This document shows positions 1 to 9,044 of a stretch of 64,000 nt of DNA, piece after piece (position 1 is the first letter of the stretch; every line of letters begins with the position of its first letter). Origin of the DNA: Candidatus Sungiibacteriota bacterium (GTDB taxonomy: Bacteria; Patescibacteriota; Minisyncoccia; Sungbacterales; HO2-52-23); contig CP066690.1 of the NCBI GenBank assembly GCA_016432465.1, forward strand, positions 850,724 through 914,723, read 5' to 3'. The position numbers were made by a program, and so were the translations under genes. The notes beneath the pieces were generated by a model. That model worked only from the letters and a program-made list of their open reading frames with translations, was not told the origin of the DNA and searched no databases.

Positions 1-2
1 GG

Positions 3-425
3 ATTTTAACACCGACGGCGGAGTGGATTTACAAATTGGCAAAGGGCGAGAACTTTGAGTTGAAGACAAAAAAAGGATTTCAAATAGGGATTCGGATTAA
101 TGCGCCTACCCTTTTTGCTAAGGATAAAGATCATGAGACGGTTGAGATGTATAGAGACTTGCCAGTTCTTTTTAAAAAACCGGAGAATCTTGAGGGAATT
201 CATGCCGAAGACGTAAAAATTGAAGAGGGCACCTGGAGGATTGCAGGAGAATCCGGAGTGTTAATGACCGTGACCGGCTCGGGAACGACCGTGGTTGAAG
301 CTCAAAGACAGGCCTATTTGCGAATCCAAAATGTTATGGTGCAGACCATGTTTTATCGCACCGATATTGGAGCACGGTGGGTTGAGGACAGCGATAAACT
401 TCATACTTGGGGATACCTGGATTAA
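3..425 (+). CDS. Phosphoribosylamine-glycine ligase (PurD)-like ATP-grasp protein, C-terminal part (truncated by window start)
   Basis: C-terminal motif VTGSGTTVVEAQRQAY...MFYRTDIG matches the GARS C-domain. Confidence 0.7.
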   Translation: MLTPTAEWIYKLAKGENFELKTKKGFQIGIRINAPTLFAKDKDHETVEMYRDLPVLFKKPENLEGIHAEDVKIEEGTWRIAGESGVLMTVTGSGTTVVEAQRQAYLRIQNVMVQTMFYRTDIGARWVEDSDKLHTWGYLD

Positions 426-462
426 TGACAAATTATAAATGATGAGTGACAAATAGTTTAGT

Positions 463-879
463 ATGAGGGTGGCGGTTCGACAAAAAAACCTAACGATTAC
501 GCCGGCCTTGCGGGTTTATATTGAAACCAAGATACTCAAGCCACTAGGAAGACTTTTGCAAAAAGTTGCGCCCACCGAGTTGCCGATTTTAGATTTGGAA
601 TTTGGGCGCAGGAGTCGTCATCACCGAAAAGGTGCGGTGTACCACGCAGAAGCAAATTTATCGTTGGGAAGTAGGATGATTCGGGCCGTGGTGGATGACG
701 AGGATATAAGGGTTGCAGTGGATTTATTGGAAGAAGAATTGGAGCGGGGGATACTTGGATGGAAAGGCAAGGCCCGGGCCAAATATCTTCGTGGCGCTCG
801 GCGCGCTAAAAAAGATTTAAGTTTAGATCAGGCAGCACGACTTTATCGTAAGGGCCGCATTCGTAACGAGGGTAATTAA
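463..879 (+). CDS. hpf: Ribosome hibernation promoting factor (HPF/RaiA, S30AE family)
   Basis: N-terminal KNLTITPALRVYIETKI and AVDLLEEELER motifs typical of S30AE/HPF. Confidence 0.85.
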   Translation: MRVAVRQKNLTITPALRVYIETKILKPLGRLLQKVAPTELPILDLEFGRRSRHHRKGAVYHAEANLSLGSRMIRAVVDDEDIRVAVDLLEEELERGILGWKGKARAKYLRGARRAKKDLSLDQAARLYRKGRIRNEGN

Positions 880-917
880 TTTGTACACTTAAAACCGATC
901 GATTTTAAGTGTACAAA
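880..917. repeat. 38-bp palindrome family P38, copy 1
   Basis: TTTGTACACTTAAAACCGATCGATTTTAAGTGTACAAA; related copies at 15065, 54673, 63186. Confidence 0.9.
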
Positions 918-992
918 ACGGGCAGAGAGGAGGGGTTGCAGAGAACTAGCCCTTATGCTAGGTTTTTTTTAGTTATTTTGAAAGGGATAAAA

Positions 993-2378
993 ATGCCACT
1001 AGTAAAACAGCACGGAAGAACCTGGTTCCGAGAGACGCTTTTTCCGGACATAGCCCAATCATTCGCAGTAAATCGTGTACTTCATGAAGAGATCACCACA
1101 GATGCTAATGGTTGTACAATCCACGTGCTTCTGGTGTTGGAGACGCCGCGTCTGGGCCGCGTCTTAATATTGGATGGAGTGGTGCAAACAACCGAACGTG
1201 ATGAGTATCTTTATCACGAACCGTTGGTGCACTGCGCCGCTCACTCGCTTCTTAAACCACCCCAAAGAGTACTTCTTATTGGTTGCGACGGCGGTACGCT
1301 CCGGGAGGTAGTAAAATATCAATCGGTTGAAAAGATAGAGGTGGTTGATATTGACAAACGAGTAATTGAGCTGACCAAAGAGTATATGCCGTTTCTTGCT
1401 CAAGGCGCATTTGATGACCAAAGGGTAGAGCTTACCATTATGGACGGTGCAGAGTTTGTAAAGTCGAAGCGTCAAGAGGCAGTTAAATACGATCTTATTA
1501 TAGTTGATTCTCCCGACCCCATTGGTCCTGCCCGTTCACTTTTTACCACGCCATTTTATCTTGATGTAGCTTCTATTTTGGCCAACGATGGAATCGTTAT
1601 CCGTCAAACCGGGGTTACTATGTATCAGCCGGAAGAGATGCTCGCGCATGTGGTGCAGATGCTTGAAGTTTTTCCGGAAGGCGATGTGCAAATCTTCATG
1701 ACTGCGGTGCCTACTTATATTGGCGGTTATTTTACCTTTGTTGCCGCATCTCCCCGGAAAGGAATTTTTAAAGAAGCCCCGTCTCTGCTGGATGAGCGCT
1801 GCGCCATATTTCCGACAGGTACTTTTCGTTGGTTCAGCCCCCAGATGCATCGTGCAGCCATGGCTGTTCCTCCGACAATTCAGCAGGCAGTAGAGCAGAG
1901 CGAATACGGTCGGGAGCTCATTTTAAATCTCTACGGATGCGATCATGATGCTCTTACCAATCGCAATAAGTGGAAGGAGTATCTGCACCAACTTTGTTGT
2001 GAAATTGAGATGAAGCAATATGGAGCACCGATTATTACTCCAGATTTTGGGCTTGGTAAGTCTCATACGGCCGGGCTCTCAGCGGTTCAATTCATTGAGA
2101 CGAGTTCCATAACCATGCATGCCTCTCCTCACTGGCGAAGGATGAATATCAACATCTTTACCTGCAGCAGTCTCGATGCTGACCGAGCGGTAAACTTAAG
2201 TATGCGTTTCTTTGGGGCCAAGAGTGCTAAGTGGAAAGTAGAAATCCGCTGTGACATGCTCCCGAGATTGGAAGATGAGATTGTGCTCTGTACCACGCAA
2301 CGTTCGGATGATCACCTTATGACCGAAAAATATCTATACAGACGTCAGCCAGAAAAAATAGACTCCGCCACGGTTTAA
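993..2378 (+). CDS. speE: Spermidine synthase (aminopropyltransferase) fused to a C-terminal S-adenosylmethionine decarboxylase-like domain
   Basis: LDGVVQTTERDEYLYHEPLVH, VLLIGCDGGTLREV and DLIIVDSPDP (SpeE); C-terminal YGRELILNLYGCD...AVQFIETSSITMH...INIFTC (SpeD, pyruvoyl-type). ATG 993 follows AAAGGG. Confidence 0.85.
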   Translation: MPLVKQHGRTWFRETLFPDIAQSFAVNRVLHEEITTDANGCTIHVLLVLETPRLGRVLILDGVVQTTERDEYLYHEPLVHCAAHSLLKPPQRVLLIGCDGGTLREVVKYQSVEKIEVVDIDKRVIELTKEYMPFLAQGAFDDQRVELTIMDGAEFVKSKRQEAVKYDLIIVDSPDPIGPARSLFTTPFYLDVASILANDGIVIRQTGVTMYQPEEMLAHVVQMLEVFPEGDVQIFMTAVPTYIGGYFTFVAASPRKGIFKEAPSLLDERCAIFPTGTFRWFSPQMHRAAMAVPPTIQQAVEQSEYGRELILNLYGCDHDALTNRNKWKEYLHQLCCEIEMKQYGAPIITPDFGLGKSHTAGLSAVQFIETSSITMHASPHWRRMNINIFTCSSLDADRAVNLSMRFFGAKSAKWKVEIRCDMLPRLEDEIVLCTTQRSDDHLMTEKYLYRRQPEKIDSATV

Positions 2379-2459
2379 TAGCCGTGGTTTTATCTCTTGT
2401 ATAATTTTTCAAACTTTGTATAATTGATAATTAGCACTCTAGTTAGGTATGGGGGGCCC

Positions 2460-2933
2460 ATGGTAAACCTCCACATACGTCTTGACCTGCATAACTGTCG
2501 CGCTGATCCAACCTACCTTACTCATGCGGAAATGGAGGTAGTAATTCTGGAATTAGTTCGGGCTGCCGGTCTTACGGTAAGACGATCGCTGTTGGATCAG
2601 TTTGGAGGAGATGGGTATAATCATCTTATTTCCATCTCCGAATCGCATGTGGTGATTGATACCTCGCCCGAGGAGCGCTTTGTGTTGATTGACATTGTTA
2701 CCTGCAATTTTACTCGTGATAACTTTGAGAAAGCGCGCGATCTTGCTAAAAGACTAGTGGCGCTTTTCCGTCCAGACCCGAAAGAGAGTACGGTTGAGGA
2801 AAAAATTCGGGGTCTGACCCCAGATAAAACCCCGCCTTGCAGAACAGTATCGCTTGAAAAGTGGCTAGCCGAAAACGCTCCGTCTACTGTTTCTACTTCA
2901 ATAACTGTCCCCAGTTACGACTGTTACGATTAA
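2460..2933 (+). CDS. speD: S-adenosylmethionine decarboxylase proenzyme-like protein
   Basis: HIRLDLHNC...ISESHVVIDTSPE...IDIVTC; ESH self-cleavage motif. Confidence 0.75.
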   Translation: MVNLHIRLDLHNCRADPTYLTHAEMEVVILELVRAAGLTVRRSLLDQFGGDGYNHLISISESHVVIDTSPEERFVLIDIVTCNFTRDNFEKARDLAKRLVALFRPDPKESTVEEKIRGLTPDKTPPCRTVSLEKWLAENAPSTVSTSITVPSYDCYD

Positions 2934-3025
2934 ATCTTTCCAGTCCTTCGACAAGCTCAGGACTGGATTTTTTATGGGAGCGTGGTAAGCTCGTTAGAGC
3001 TTTTTAAGTGTGAGGCCTAACGAAG

Positions 3026-4003
3026 ATGGGTTTTCTATATCGTGAACAAAAGATTGGAAGCACCCAGGTGTATCATGATATGGAGGGAGAAGGCTGGATG
3101 TTTAATAAAGTTGAAAGAGTCTGTGGTAAGAGGCAGCGGATTAGAATAGGGAGACATAAGGAGTACGGGACAATGTTAGATATTGATGGTTTGCCACAAA
3201 TGGTAGAGCGAGATGACCAGTACACGCCGCTTTTTCTTCTGCCCTCGCTTTTTTCACTTTTTTATCCTAAAAGGCCAACGCAGGGGATACGGGTACTACT
3301 TTTGGGCAGCGGGGATGGAGCGGCAGCAAGGCTTCTATTAAAGTTTTCAGAAGTAAAAAGTGTGCTCTTGATAGATATATCGCAGACAGTATGCGAAAGT
3401 ACACAAAAATTTACTCCTTTTTGGGGCGGATGCGAACGGGACCCGCGGCTCACCGTGATTTATGATGACGCATTTCGTTTAGTGCCAAAACTGGGTATGA
3501 AATATGATTTTGTAGGCATTGATCTTACTGACCCCGAAGATGGAGCCATGCCAGGATACTATAGCGCTGCTGCTGATCTTTATTCTAAGGGATTAGCATT
3601 GATTTCTCCACTTATTGCGGCCGGCGGCGTATTGGTGATGCAGGCAGGAGAGCTTTCTACGAGGCGTTGGCAGGGTCATGTGCGACTTCGTACTGTCCTT
3701 CAGGATTTTTTCCCTTCGGTGTACTCCTATTCCGGTTTTGTAGACTGGATTGGTTACCCACAGTCTTTTATTAAATGTTTTCCGGAAAGTGATCGTCTAC
3801 CTTTTATCCCATCAAACTATTGTGACGTGACCCCGCATGTTATGAAATCAATTTTTCAGGATGCCTTCCATCTTGACTGTAGTATTAACCCCGATGCTGA
3901 TCATACAGTATGCAACGCCTTCCAACTTCTGCCTCCAGTGTACTCACTCTATACGTTTGCACCCCTGATAGAGGCACGCATATACCCCACAACCGCACGC
4001 TAA
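3026..4003 (+). CDS. Second, divergent spermidine/spermine synthase-family aminopropyltransferase
   Basis: IDGLPQMVERD, VLLLGSGDGAAAR, YDFVGIDLTDP and GGVLVMQAG motifs. Confidence 0.75.
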   Translation: MGFLYREQKIGSTQVYHDMEGEGWMFNKVERVCGKRQRIRIGRHKEYGTMLDIDGLPQMVERDDQYTPLFLLPSLFSLFYPKRPTQGIRVLLLGSGDGAAARLLLKFSEVKSVLLIDISQTVCESTQKFTPFWGGCERDPRLTVIYDDAFRLVPKLGMKYDFVGIDLTDPEDGAMPGYYSAAADLYSKGLALISPLIAAGGVLVMQAGELSTRRWQGHVRLRTVLQDFFPSVYSYSGFVDWIGYPQSFIKCFPESDRLPFIPSNYCDVTPHVMKSIFQDAFHLDCSINPDADHTVCNAFQLLPPVYSLYTFAPLIEARIYPTTAR

Positions 4004-4084
4004 GCCGTGCGGATTTTATATTGTCCTTGTCTAGTAATCTATTCTATGTTATAATTAAAGCAGCCCAAAAAGGAGGAGGCGGCG

Positions 4085-4606
4085 GTGATCTTTAAAAAAG
4101 CCTGGACATTATACAGAAAATCTGATGAGTGGGTATTAAAACGGTGCGAGCGACTCGCTCATATGGCAGAAAAACATTTTGGTATCGGTTGTTTCGGGAT
4201 CGCAAAGGTGAATCTTGTCCTTTTTACTGGATGCGTATTAACGTATCTCGGTTTGGGTATTTTATATGGGCCGCTTAATAGTCCCCTGTGGCATGTGGCG
4301 TTTTTGCTTTTTTCTTTAGGATGGGGTTTGCCGTCTTTTATACACGCCTACCTTATGATACATGACATGGAAAGACTTAGTCTTACCAACTTTTCAGGTG
4401 TTAACCCGCTGAAGCAGTATTTTTTTCCGATTCGGAGCCTGCAGCGCACTTTTGCGTTTATTGCCACAACCATACTTGATATTTTTCTGCTGAAGGATGC
4501 AGAAGGCACGTCCATGATACTTTTTGTTTTTGCCGGAAGCGCGCCGATTTGGATTGGCTTTGTGTTTTATTTCATCGTCTGCGATCAGAAACCCAAGGAG
4601 GCCTGA
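4085..4606 (+). CDS. Hypothetical membrane protein (about 4 TM)
   Basis: Strong SD AGGAGG, GTG start, hydrophobic segments. Confidence 0.6.
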   Translation: MIFKKAWTLYRKSDEWVLKRCERLAHMAEKHFGIGCFGIAKVNLVLFTGCVLTYLGLGILYGPLNSPLWHVAFLLFSLGWGLPSFIHAYLMIHDMERLSLTNFSGVNPLKQYFFPIRSLQRTFAFIATTILDIFLLKDAEGTSMILFVFAGSAPIWIGFVFYFIVCDQKPKEA

Positions 4607-4608
4607 AA

Positions 4609-4929
4609 ATGTGGCAGGTAAAACCCGCATCTACAGGAAAAGTGAAGGAGGCACTTGTTACCTTGGATTCAAAAGCATACGGTTGCGGACTACCTTCCGG
4701 TCATCTGGGAGACGAACACGACGGCTATAGTTTTTTTGTCTTGGTTCCTAAAGAAATTGGCGGCAAAAAACTTACGGCTATAGAAGATATAACGTCCCAG
4801 ATGACCGGAGATCCAGTTTTGACGGCTGTTACAGAAAAGCAGCATCAATGCTGGAAAGCCAGAGATATAATTGCCGTGCCAATAAAATTTGTTTGGGCAC
4901 ATAAAGAGATCGGCCCGTCCGCTTTTTAG
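4609..4929 (+). CDS. Hypothetical protein
   Basis: AAGGAGG SD before ATG 4609; followed by hairpin and T-run. Confidence 0.55.
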   Translation: MWQVKPASTGKVKEALVTLDSKAYGCGLPSGHLGDEHDGYSFFVLVPKEIGGKKLTAIEDITSQMTGDPVLTAVTEKQHQCWKARDIIAVPIKFVWAHKEIGPSAF

Positions 4930-5028
4930 CAGGCGGGATTTCCTTTTTGTTTGAGGCCCGCTTTGTATCGGACAAGTTTCTTTCTTGACCCTAGGCCCTT
5001 TTAGGGATACTTTAGATTATAAACAACC

Positions 5029-7683
5029 ATGTTTTTGCTTGGAAAATTTTTTGGAGACGCAAATGAAAGGTATATAAAATCGCTGGAACCGCTGGTACAC
5101 AAGATCAACGCCCTTGAGCGCGGTTACGAAAAGCTTACTGACGAGGAATTAAAAAACCTTACTCAAGAATTTAGGGCGCGATTTATCAAAGGCGAAACCA
5201 TTGATAATTTCTTGCCCGAAGCTTTTGCGGCGGTTCGAGAAGCGGCAAAACGCGTTTTGGGCCAGCGCCACTTTGACGTTCAGTTAGTTGGAGGTATTGT
5301 GCTTCATCAGGGTAAGATTGCCGAGATGAAAACTGGTGAGGGGAAGACGCTTGTTGCCACTCTGCCTCTTTATTTAAACTCTCTTACAGGCAAGGGGACG
5401 CATTTGGTTACACCCAATGACTACCTCTCGCGAATAGGCGCTGGCTGGATGGGTCCGGTATATGATGCGCTCGGCGTAAAAGTTGGTGTTTTGGCGCATG
5501 AATTTTCCGGAATTTATGATCTCGGACATCAAGACCCGCAGTCGCACGGGGACGACAGGCTTGGTCATTTCAGGCCCGTGAGCCGCCGCGAGGCTTACGG
5601 GGCAGATGTTACTTACGGAACCAATAATGAGTTTGGATTTGATTATTTGCGGGATAATTTGGAATATCTGCCAAGTGAACTTAGGCAGGGGGAGCACTAT
5701 TATGCAATAGTGGACGAGGTGGATTCAATTTTGATTGACGAAGCCAGAACCCCGCTTATTATTTCCATGCCCGATGAGGAGTCAGCAGAACTTTATCAGG
5801 TTTTTTCACGCATAACACCGCAACTTAAAGAAAATGTTGATTATAACGTGGATGAGAAATTGAAAGCGGTTGCGATAACCGAAGAGGGGATTGATAAAAT
5901 TGAGAAAATTTTAGGAGTTGGAAATATCTACGAAGAAAAGGGTATTAGATTTGTGCGCCACCTTGAACAGGCTTTGCGCGCGCAGGCGCTTTTTCAAAAA
6001 GACCGTGATTACGTGGTTAAAGACGGTGAAGTAATTATTGTGGATGAGTTTACCGGGAGACTCATGCCCGGACGCCGTTGGTCAGAGGGCTTGCATCAGG
6101 CGGTGGAAGCCAAAGAGGGAGTTGAGGTTCAGAAAGAGTCGCGGACTCTGGCCACTATAACTTTTCAAAACTACTTTCGTATGTACGAGAAACTTGCTGG
6201 TATGACCGGAACCGCGCAAACATCCGCCGAAGAATTTCATAAGGTTTATAAACTTGACGTCATAACAGTTCCTACGCATAAGCCCATGATTCGGGATGAC
6301 AGATCGGACTTGGTTTTTAGAACTGAACGAGGAAAATTTCAGGCGGTGGTGCGCGAGATTAAAGAAAGGCACGGCCGCGGACAACCGGTTTTAGTGGGTA
6401 CGGTTTCCATAGAAAAGAATGAACGCCTGGCTAAATCTCTCCAAGTGGAAGGAATTCCGCACGAGGTATTAAACGCCAAAAACCATGAGCGCGAGGCTTT
6501 AATTATTGCTCAAGCCGGACGCCGGGGCGCAGTAACCGTTGCTACCAACATGGCCGGACGCGGTGTGGATATAATTTTGGGAGGTACTTCGGCCTTGCCC
6601 GACGAAGCGCATGAAGTGCGCGAAGTCGGAGGCCTTTATGTTATCGGCACTGAACGTCATGAAGCGCGGCGCATTGATAATCAGCTCCGCGGCCGCTCCG
6701 GCCGACAAGGTGATTCGGGTTCTTCACAATTTTTTGTGTCATTGGAGGATGATGTGATGCGTATTTTTGGCTCGGAGAAAATCAAGCGGATGATGGAGTC
6801 TTTCGGTATTCCGGAAGATCAGCCCATTGAAAATAAAATGGTTTCCAAGGCCATTGAGGCGGCGCAGGCCAAAATTGAGGGTTTTCATTTTGACGCGCGA
6901 AAGCACATTTTGGAGTTTGACGATGTTTTAAATAAACAGCGCGATGCAATTTATAAAATGCGGCGCGAGATTCTCTTTGCGACAAACGACATGCGACAAG
7001 CGACAAGTTTGAAGGAACAGATTTTTAAAATGATTAAAGAAGAGATCATACGCCTCGTACAATTTCATGCGGTAAGCGATTCGGAGTCAGACTGGAACAT
7101 TGAGGAAATTTTTGAAAACGTAAGGGCAATAGCAGGAGTTTCTGACGAAGTGCATAAAGAACTCCAAGCAGTTGTTGCCTCTGAAGTGAATAGAGACGAT
7201 AAGAGGGAAAAAATTATTGAACACCTGCTTACTGCTCTGCAAAAAGTATATGATATCCGTGAACAAACTATTGGTTCAGAAGGCATGCGCAATATTGAGC
7301 GCGCGGTTATGCTCCGTTCTATTGATATGCTCTGGATGGATCACCTTGATCAGATGGAGCATTTGCGCGATTCCGTGCGCCTTCGTGCTTATGGTCAGCG
7401 CGACCCCCTAGTGGAATATAAAAACGAAGGCTCGCGGCTTTATCGGGAGCTTCAGGCCGCCATTCGAGCGCAGATGGTAAATACTATATTTAAGGTTGGT
7501 GGCGCGCCACAAGAGGAGCGGTCTAGGGTAGTGGAGCGAAGGCCAGATATTGCTATTTCTGCGGAGCAGAGCCCTCTAGCCTCAGCCGGTGTCACCCACG
7601 CGCCGTCAGGAAAAAAAGAACCAGGCAGGAATAATCCCTGCTGGTGTGGATCAGGAAAGAAATATAAAAGATGTCACGGATAG
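5029..7683 (+). CDS. secA: Protein translocase subunit SecA
   Basis: MKTGEGKT, DEVDSILIDEARTPLII, TNMAGRG, QLRGRSGRQGD, C-terminal SEC-C CWCGSGKKYKRCHG. Confidence 0.99.
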   Translation: MFLLGKFFGDANERYIKSLEPLVHKINALERGYEKLTDEELKNLTQEFRARFIKGETIDNFLPEAFAAVREAAKRVLGQRHFDVQLVGGIVLHQGKIAEMKTGEGKTLVATLPLYLNSLTGKGTHLVTPNDYLSRIGAGWMGPVYDALGVKVGVLAHEFSGIYDLGHQDPQSHGDDRLGHFRPVSRREAYGADVTYGTNNEFGFDYLRDNLEYLPSELRQGEHYYAIVDEVDSILIDEARTPLIISMPDEESAELYQVFSRITPQLKENVDYNVDEKLKAVAITEEGIDKIEKILGVGNIYEEKGIRFVRHLEQALRAQALFQKDRDYVVKDGEVIIVDEFTGRLMPGRRWSEGLHQAVEAKEGVEVQKESRTLATITFQNYFRMYEKLAGMTGTAQTSAEEFHKVYKLDVITVPTHKPMIRDDRSDLVFRTERGKFQAVVREIKERHGRGQPVLVGTVSIEKNERLAKSLQVEGIPHEVLNAKNHEREALIIAQAGRRGAVTVATNMAGRGVDIILGGTSALPDEAHEVREVGGLYVIGTERHEARRIDNQLRGRSGRQGDSGSSQFFVSLEDDVMRIFGSEKIKRMMESFGIPEDQPIENKMVSKAIEAAQAKIEGFHFDARKHILEFDDVLNKQRDAIYKMRREILFATNDMRQATSLKEQIFKMIKEEIIRLVQFHAVSDSESDWNIEEIFENVRAIAGVSDEVHKELQAVVASEVNRDDKREKIIEHLLTALQKVYDIREQTIGSEGMRNIERAVMLRSIDMLWMDHLDQMEHLRDSVRLRAYGQRDPLVEYKNEGSRLYRELQAAIRAQMVNTIFKVGGAPQEERSRVVERRPDIAISAEQSPLASAGVTHAPSGKKEPGRNNPCWCGSGKKYKRCHG

Positions 7684-7800
7684 TGACATCTCGCAATCCT
7701 GTACCGTGTCGCCGAAGGCGACTCTGGTACTGGGATAAAAAGTGTCATGGTTCGTAGGGATGAAAACGCCCTTCGTTTTAAGAAGGGCTATGAGAAAAGA

Positions 7801-7968
7801 TTAGTTTCCACGTCTTTGAATAAACCACATTAGGCCGTTATGGACTGCAAGCAGTACACCGATAAGAACGATAAAACCCTTGCCTTCGATTGGAAGTAGC
7901 AGTCCCAATACGATAGCAGCGATACCGACCCACATACGACCTTGATAGTTAGGGTAGTTCCGTGGCAT
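7801..7968 (-). CDS. Small two-helix membrane protein (55 aa, MPRNYPNYQG...)
   Basis: GGAGG SD, upstream TTGACT-17-TACTGT promoter, terminator hairpin at 7768-7788. Confidence 0.6.
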   Translation of the reverse strand: MPRNYPNYQGRMWVGIAAIVLGLLLPIEGKGFIVLIGVLLAVHNGLMWFIQRRGN

Positions 7969-8225
7969 GACACAACCTCCAGTTGAGGTGAAGTATGCTG
8001 GTTTCAACAGTAATAGGTAAGGAAGAAAAAGTCAAGGGGTTACCGCGGAACACCGCTGAAGTAACAAAAGTGTCATGGGTCATGGGGCTAGAGTATGGAT
8101 TTGATTGACCTGATTGAAGTTCGACTTCAATCAAAAAGAACTAAAGGTGTCATGGGTAGTAGAGATAAAAAAGGCCCTTCTCCGAAGAGTTGGGCCCGAG
8201 GATGGTTGGTGGTAGTCGGGAACGA

Positions 8226-8372
8226 TTAGTGTGTTTTTGTAAAAAGGGCAAGAATGGGAGAAATCGCTACCTCGAAGACTACGTCAGCAAGAAAAATTCC
8301 GATGCCGATAGCTGCAAAAACGAACGGCTCAGGGTACAGAGCAACTAGTTGGGCAAGATATTCGGTTGTCAT
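8226..8372 (-). CDS. Small hydrophobic protein (48 aa, MTTEYLAQLVALYPEPFVFAAIGIGIFLADVVFEVAISPILALFTKTH), below the ORF-track cutoff
   Basis: Translated by hand; GAAGGAGG SD, TTGACA upstream, terminator hairpin at 8173-8196. Confidence 0.6.
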   Translation of the reverse strand: MTTEYLAQLVALYPEPFVFAAIGIGIFLADVVFEVAISPILALFTKTH

Positions 8373-8690
8373 CTCTTCCTCCTTCTATCGGTTGTACTGC
8401 AGACATCTTTACATGATTAAGATTAGTTGTCAAGTTTTTGTCGGTATGGCTTGAAAAACGGCTTATCCGCCGGAGGCGGACCCGCCTCTGGCGGGAAATA
8501 AAGCCCCCTTCGCATCCTCCTTCGTCATAGACTTCGGATGGACGCAGTAAAGCTTCGGAGGGCCGAGGGAAAATCCCCGCCTACGCCAAGGCTTCGGCGG
8601 GCAGGCCTGTAGTTGGTTATTGAAAAAGTAAAGGTGTCACGGACCAGGAGAAATTAAAAATGGGGTTTCTACGTTGTAAAAACCCCGAGT

Positions 8691-8924
8691 CTATTCGACG
8701 ATGGTGATAGTGCGCACCGTTTTTGTTCGAAAGATGGCTTCTGCCTGACACCTGTAGCATCTTACGGGAGTGGCTGCAGAAAAACGAAAACGTTCCTCTT
8801 CCATTATTTCTCCCTCTGCTGTTAACTTGCGGGTGACATTAGAAGTACCGTTTTGAAAGAACCATGTATCTAGACAACCATTTGGACATTCATAAAAAGT
8901 GCTATGTTTGACCGACTCACTCAT
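8691..8924 (-). CDS. Small zinc-ribbon-like protein (CPNGC...CYRC)
   Basis: GGGAGG SD, TTGACA-16-TATAAT promoter, terminator at 8662-8686. Confidence 0.6.
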   Translation of the reverse strand: MSESVKHSTFYECPNGCLDTWFFQNGTSNVTRKLTAEGEIMEEERFRFSAATPVRCYRCQAEAIFRTKTVRTITIVE

Positions 8925-8959
8925 GTTTTCCTCCCGGAATCCGCACGGAGATTATACTA

Positions 8960-8987
8960 ATTATAGCAAATCCACAGAAATTGTCAA
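8960..8987 (-). promoter_or_regulatory. Sigma70-type promoter
   Basis: TTGACA-16 nt-TATAAT with extended TG on the minus strand. Confidence 0.6.
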
Positions 8988-9044
8988 TAACGCAAAAAGG
9001 GTTTGACTATGGCCATAGAGATAAAAATAAGTCCCCTAAGGGAC

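Larger units (their letters stand above)
7662..9026 (+). repeat. Dispersed direct repeats of the secA 3' tail (AAARGTGTCAYGG...TAG) separating small cassettes
   Basis: Copies at about 7665 (true secA end), 7736, 8066, 8142, 8629 and a degenerate one at about 9007. Confidence 0.75.
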
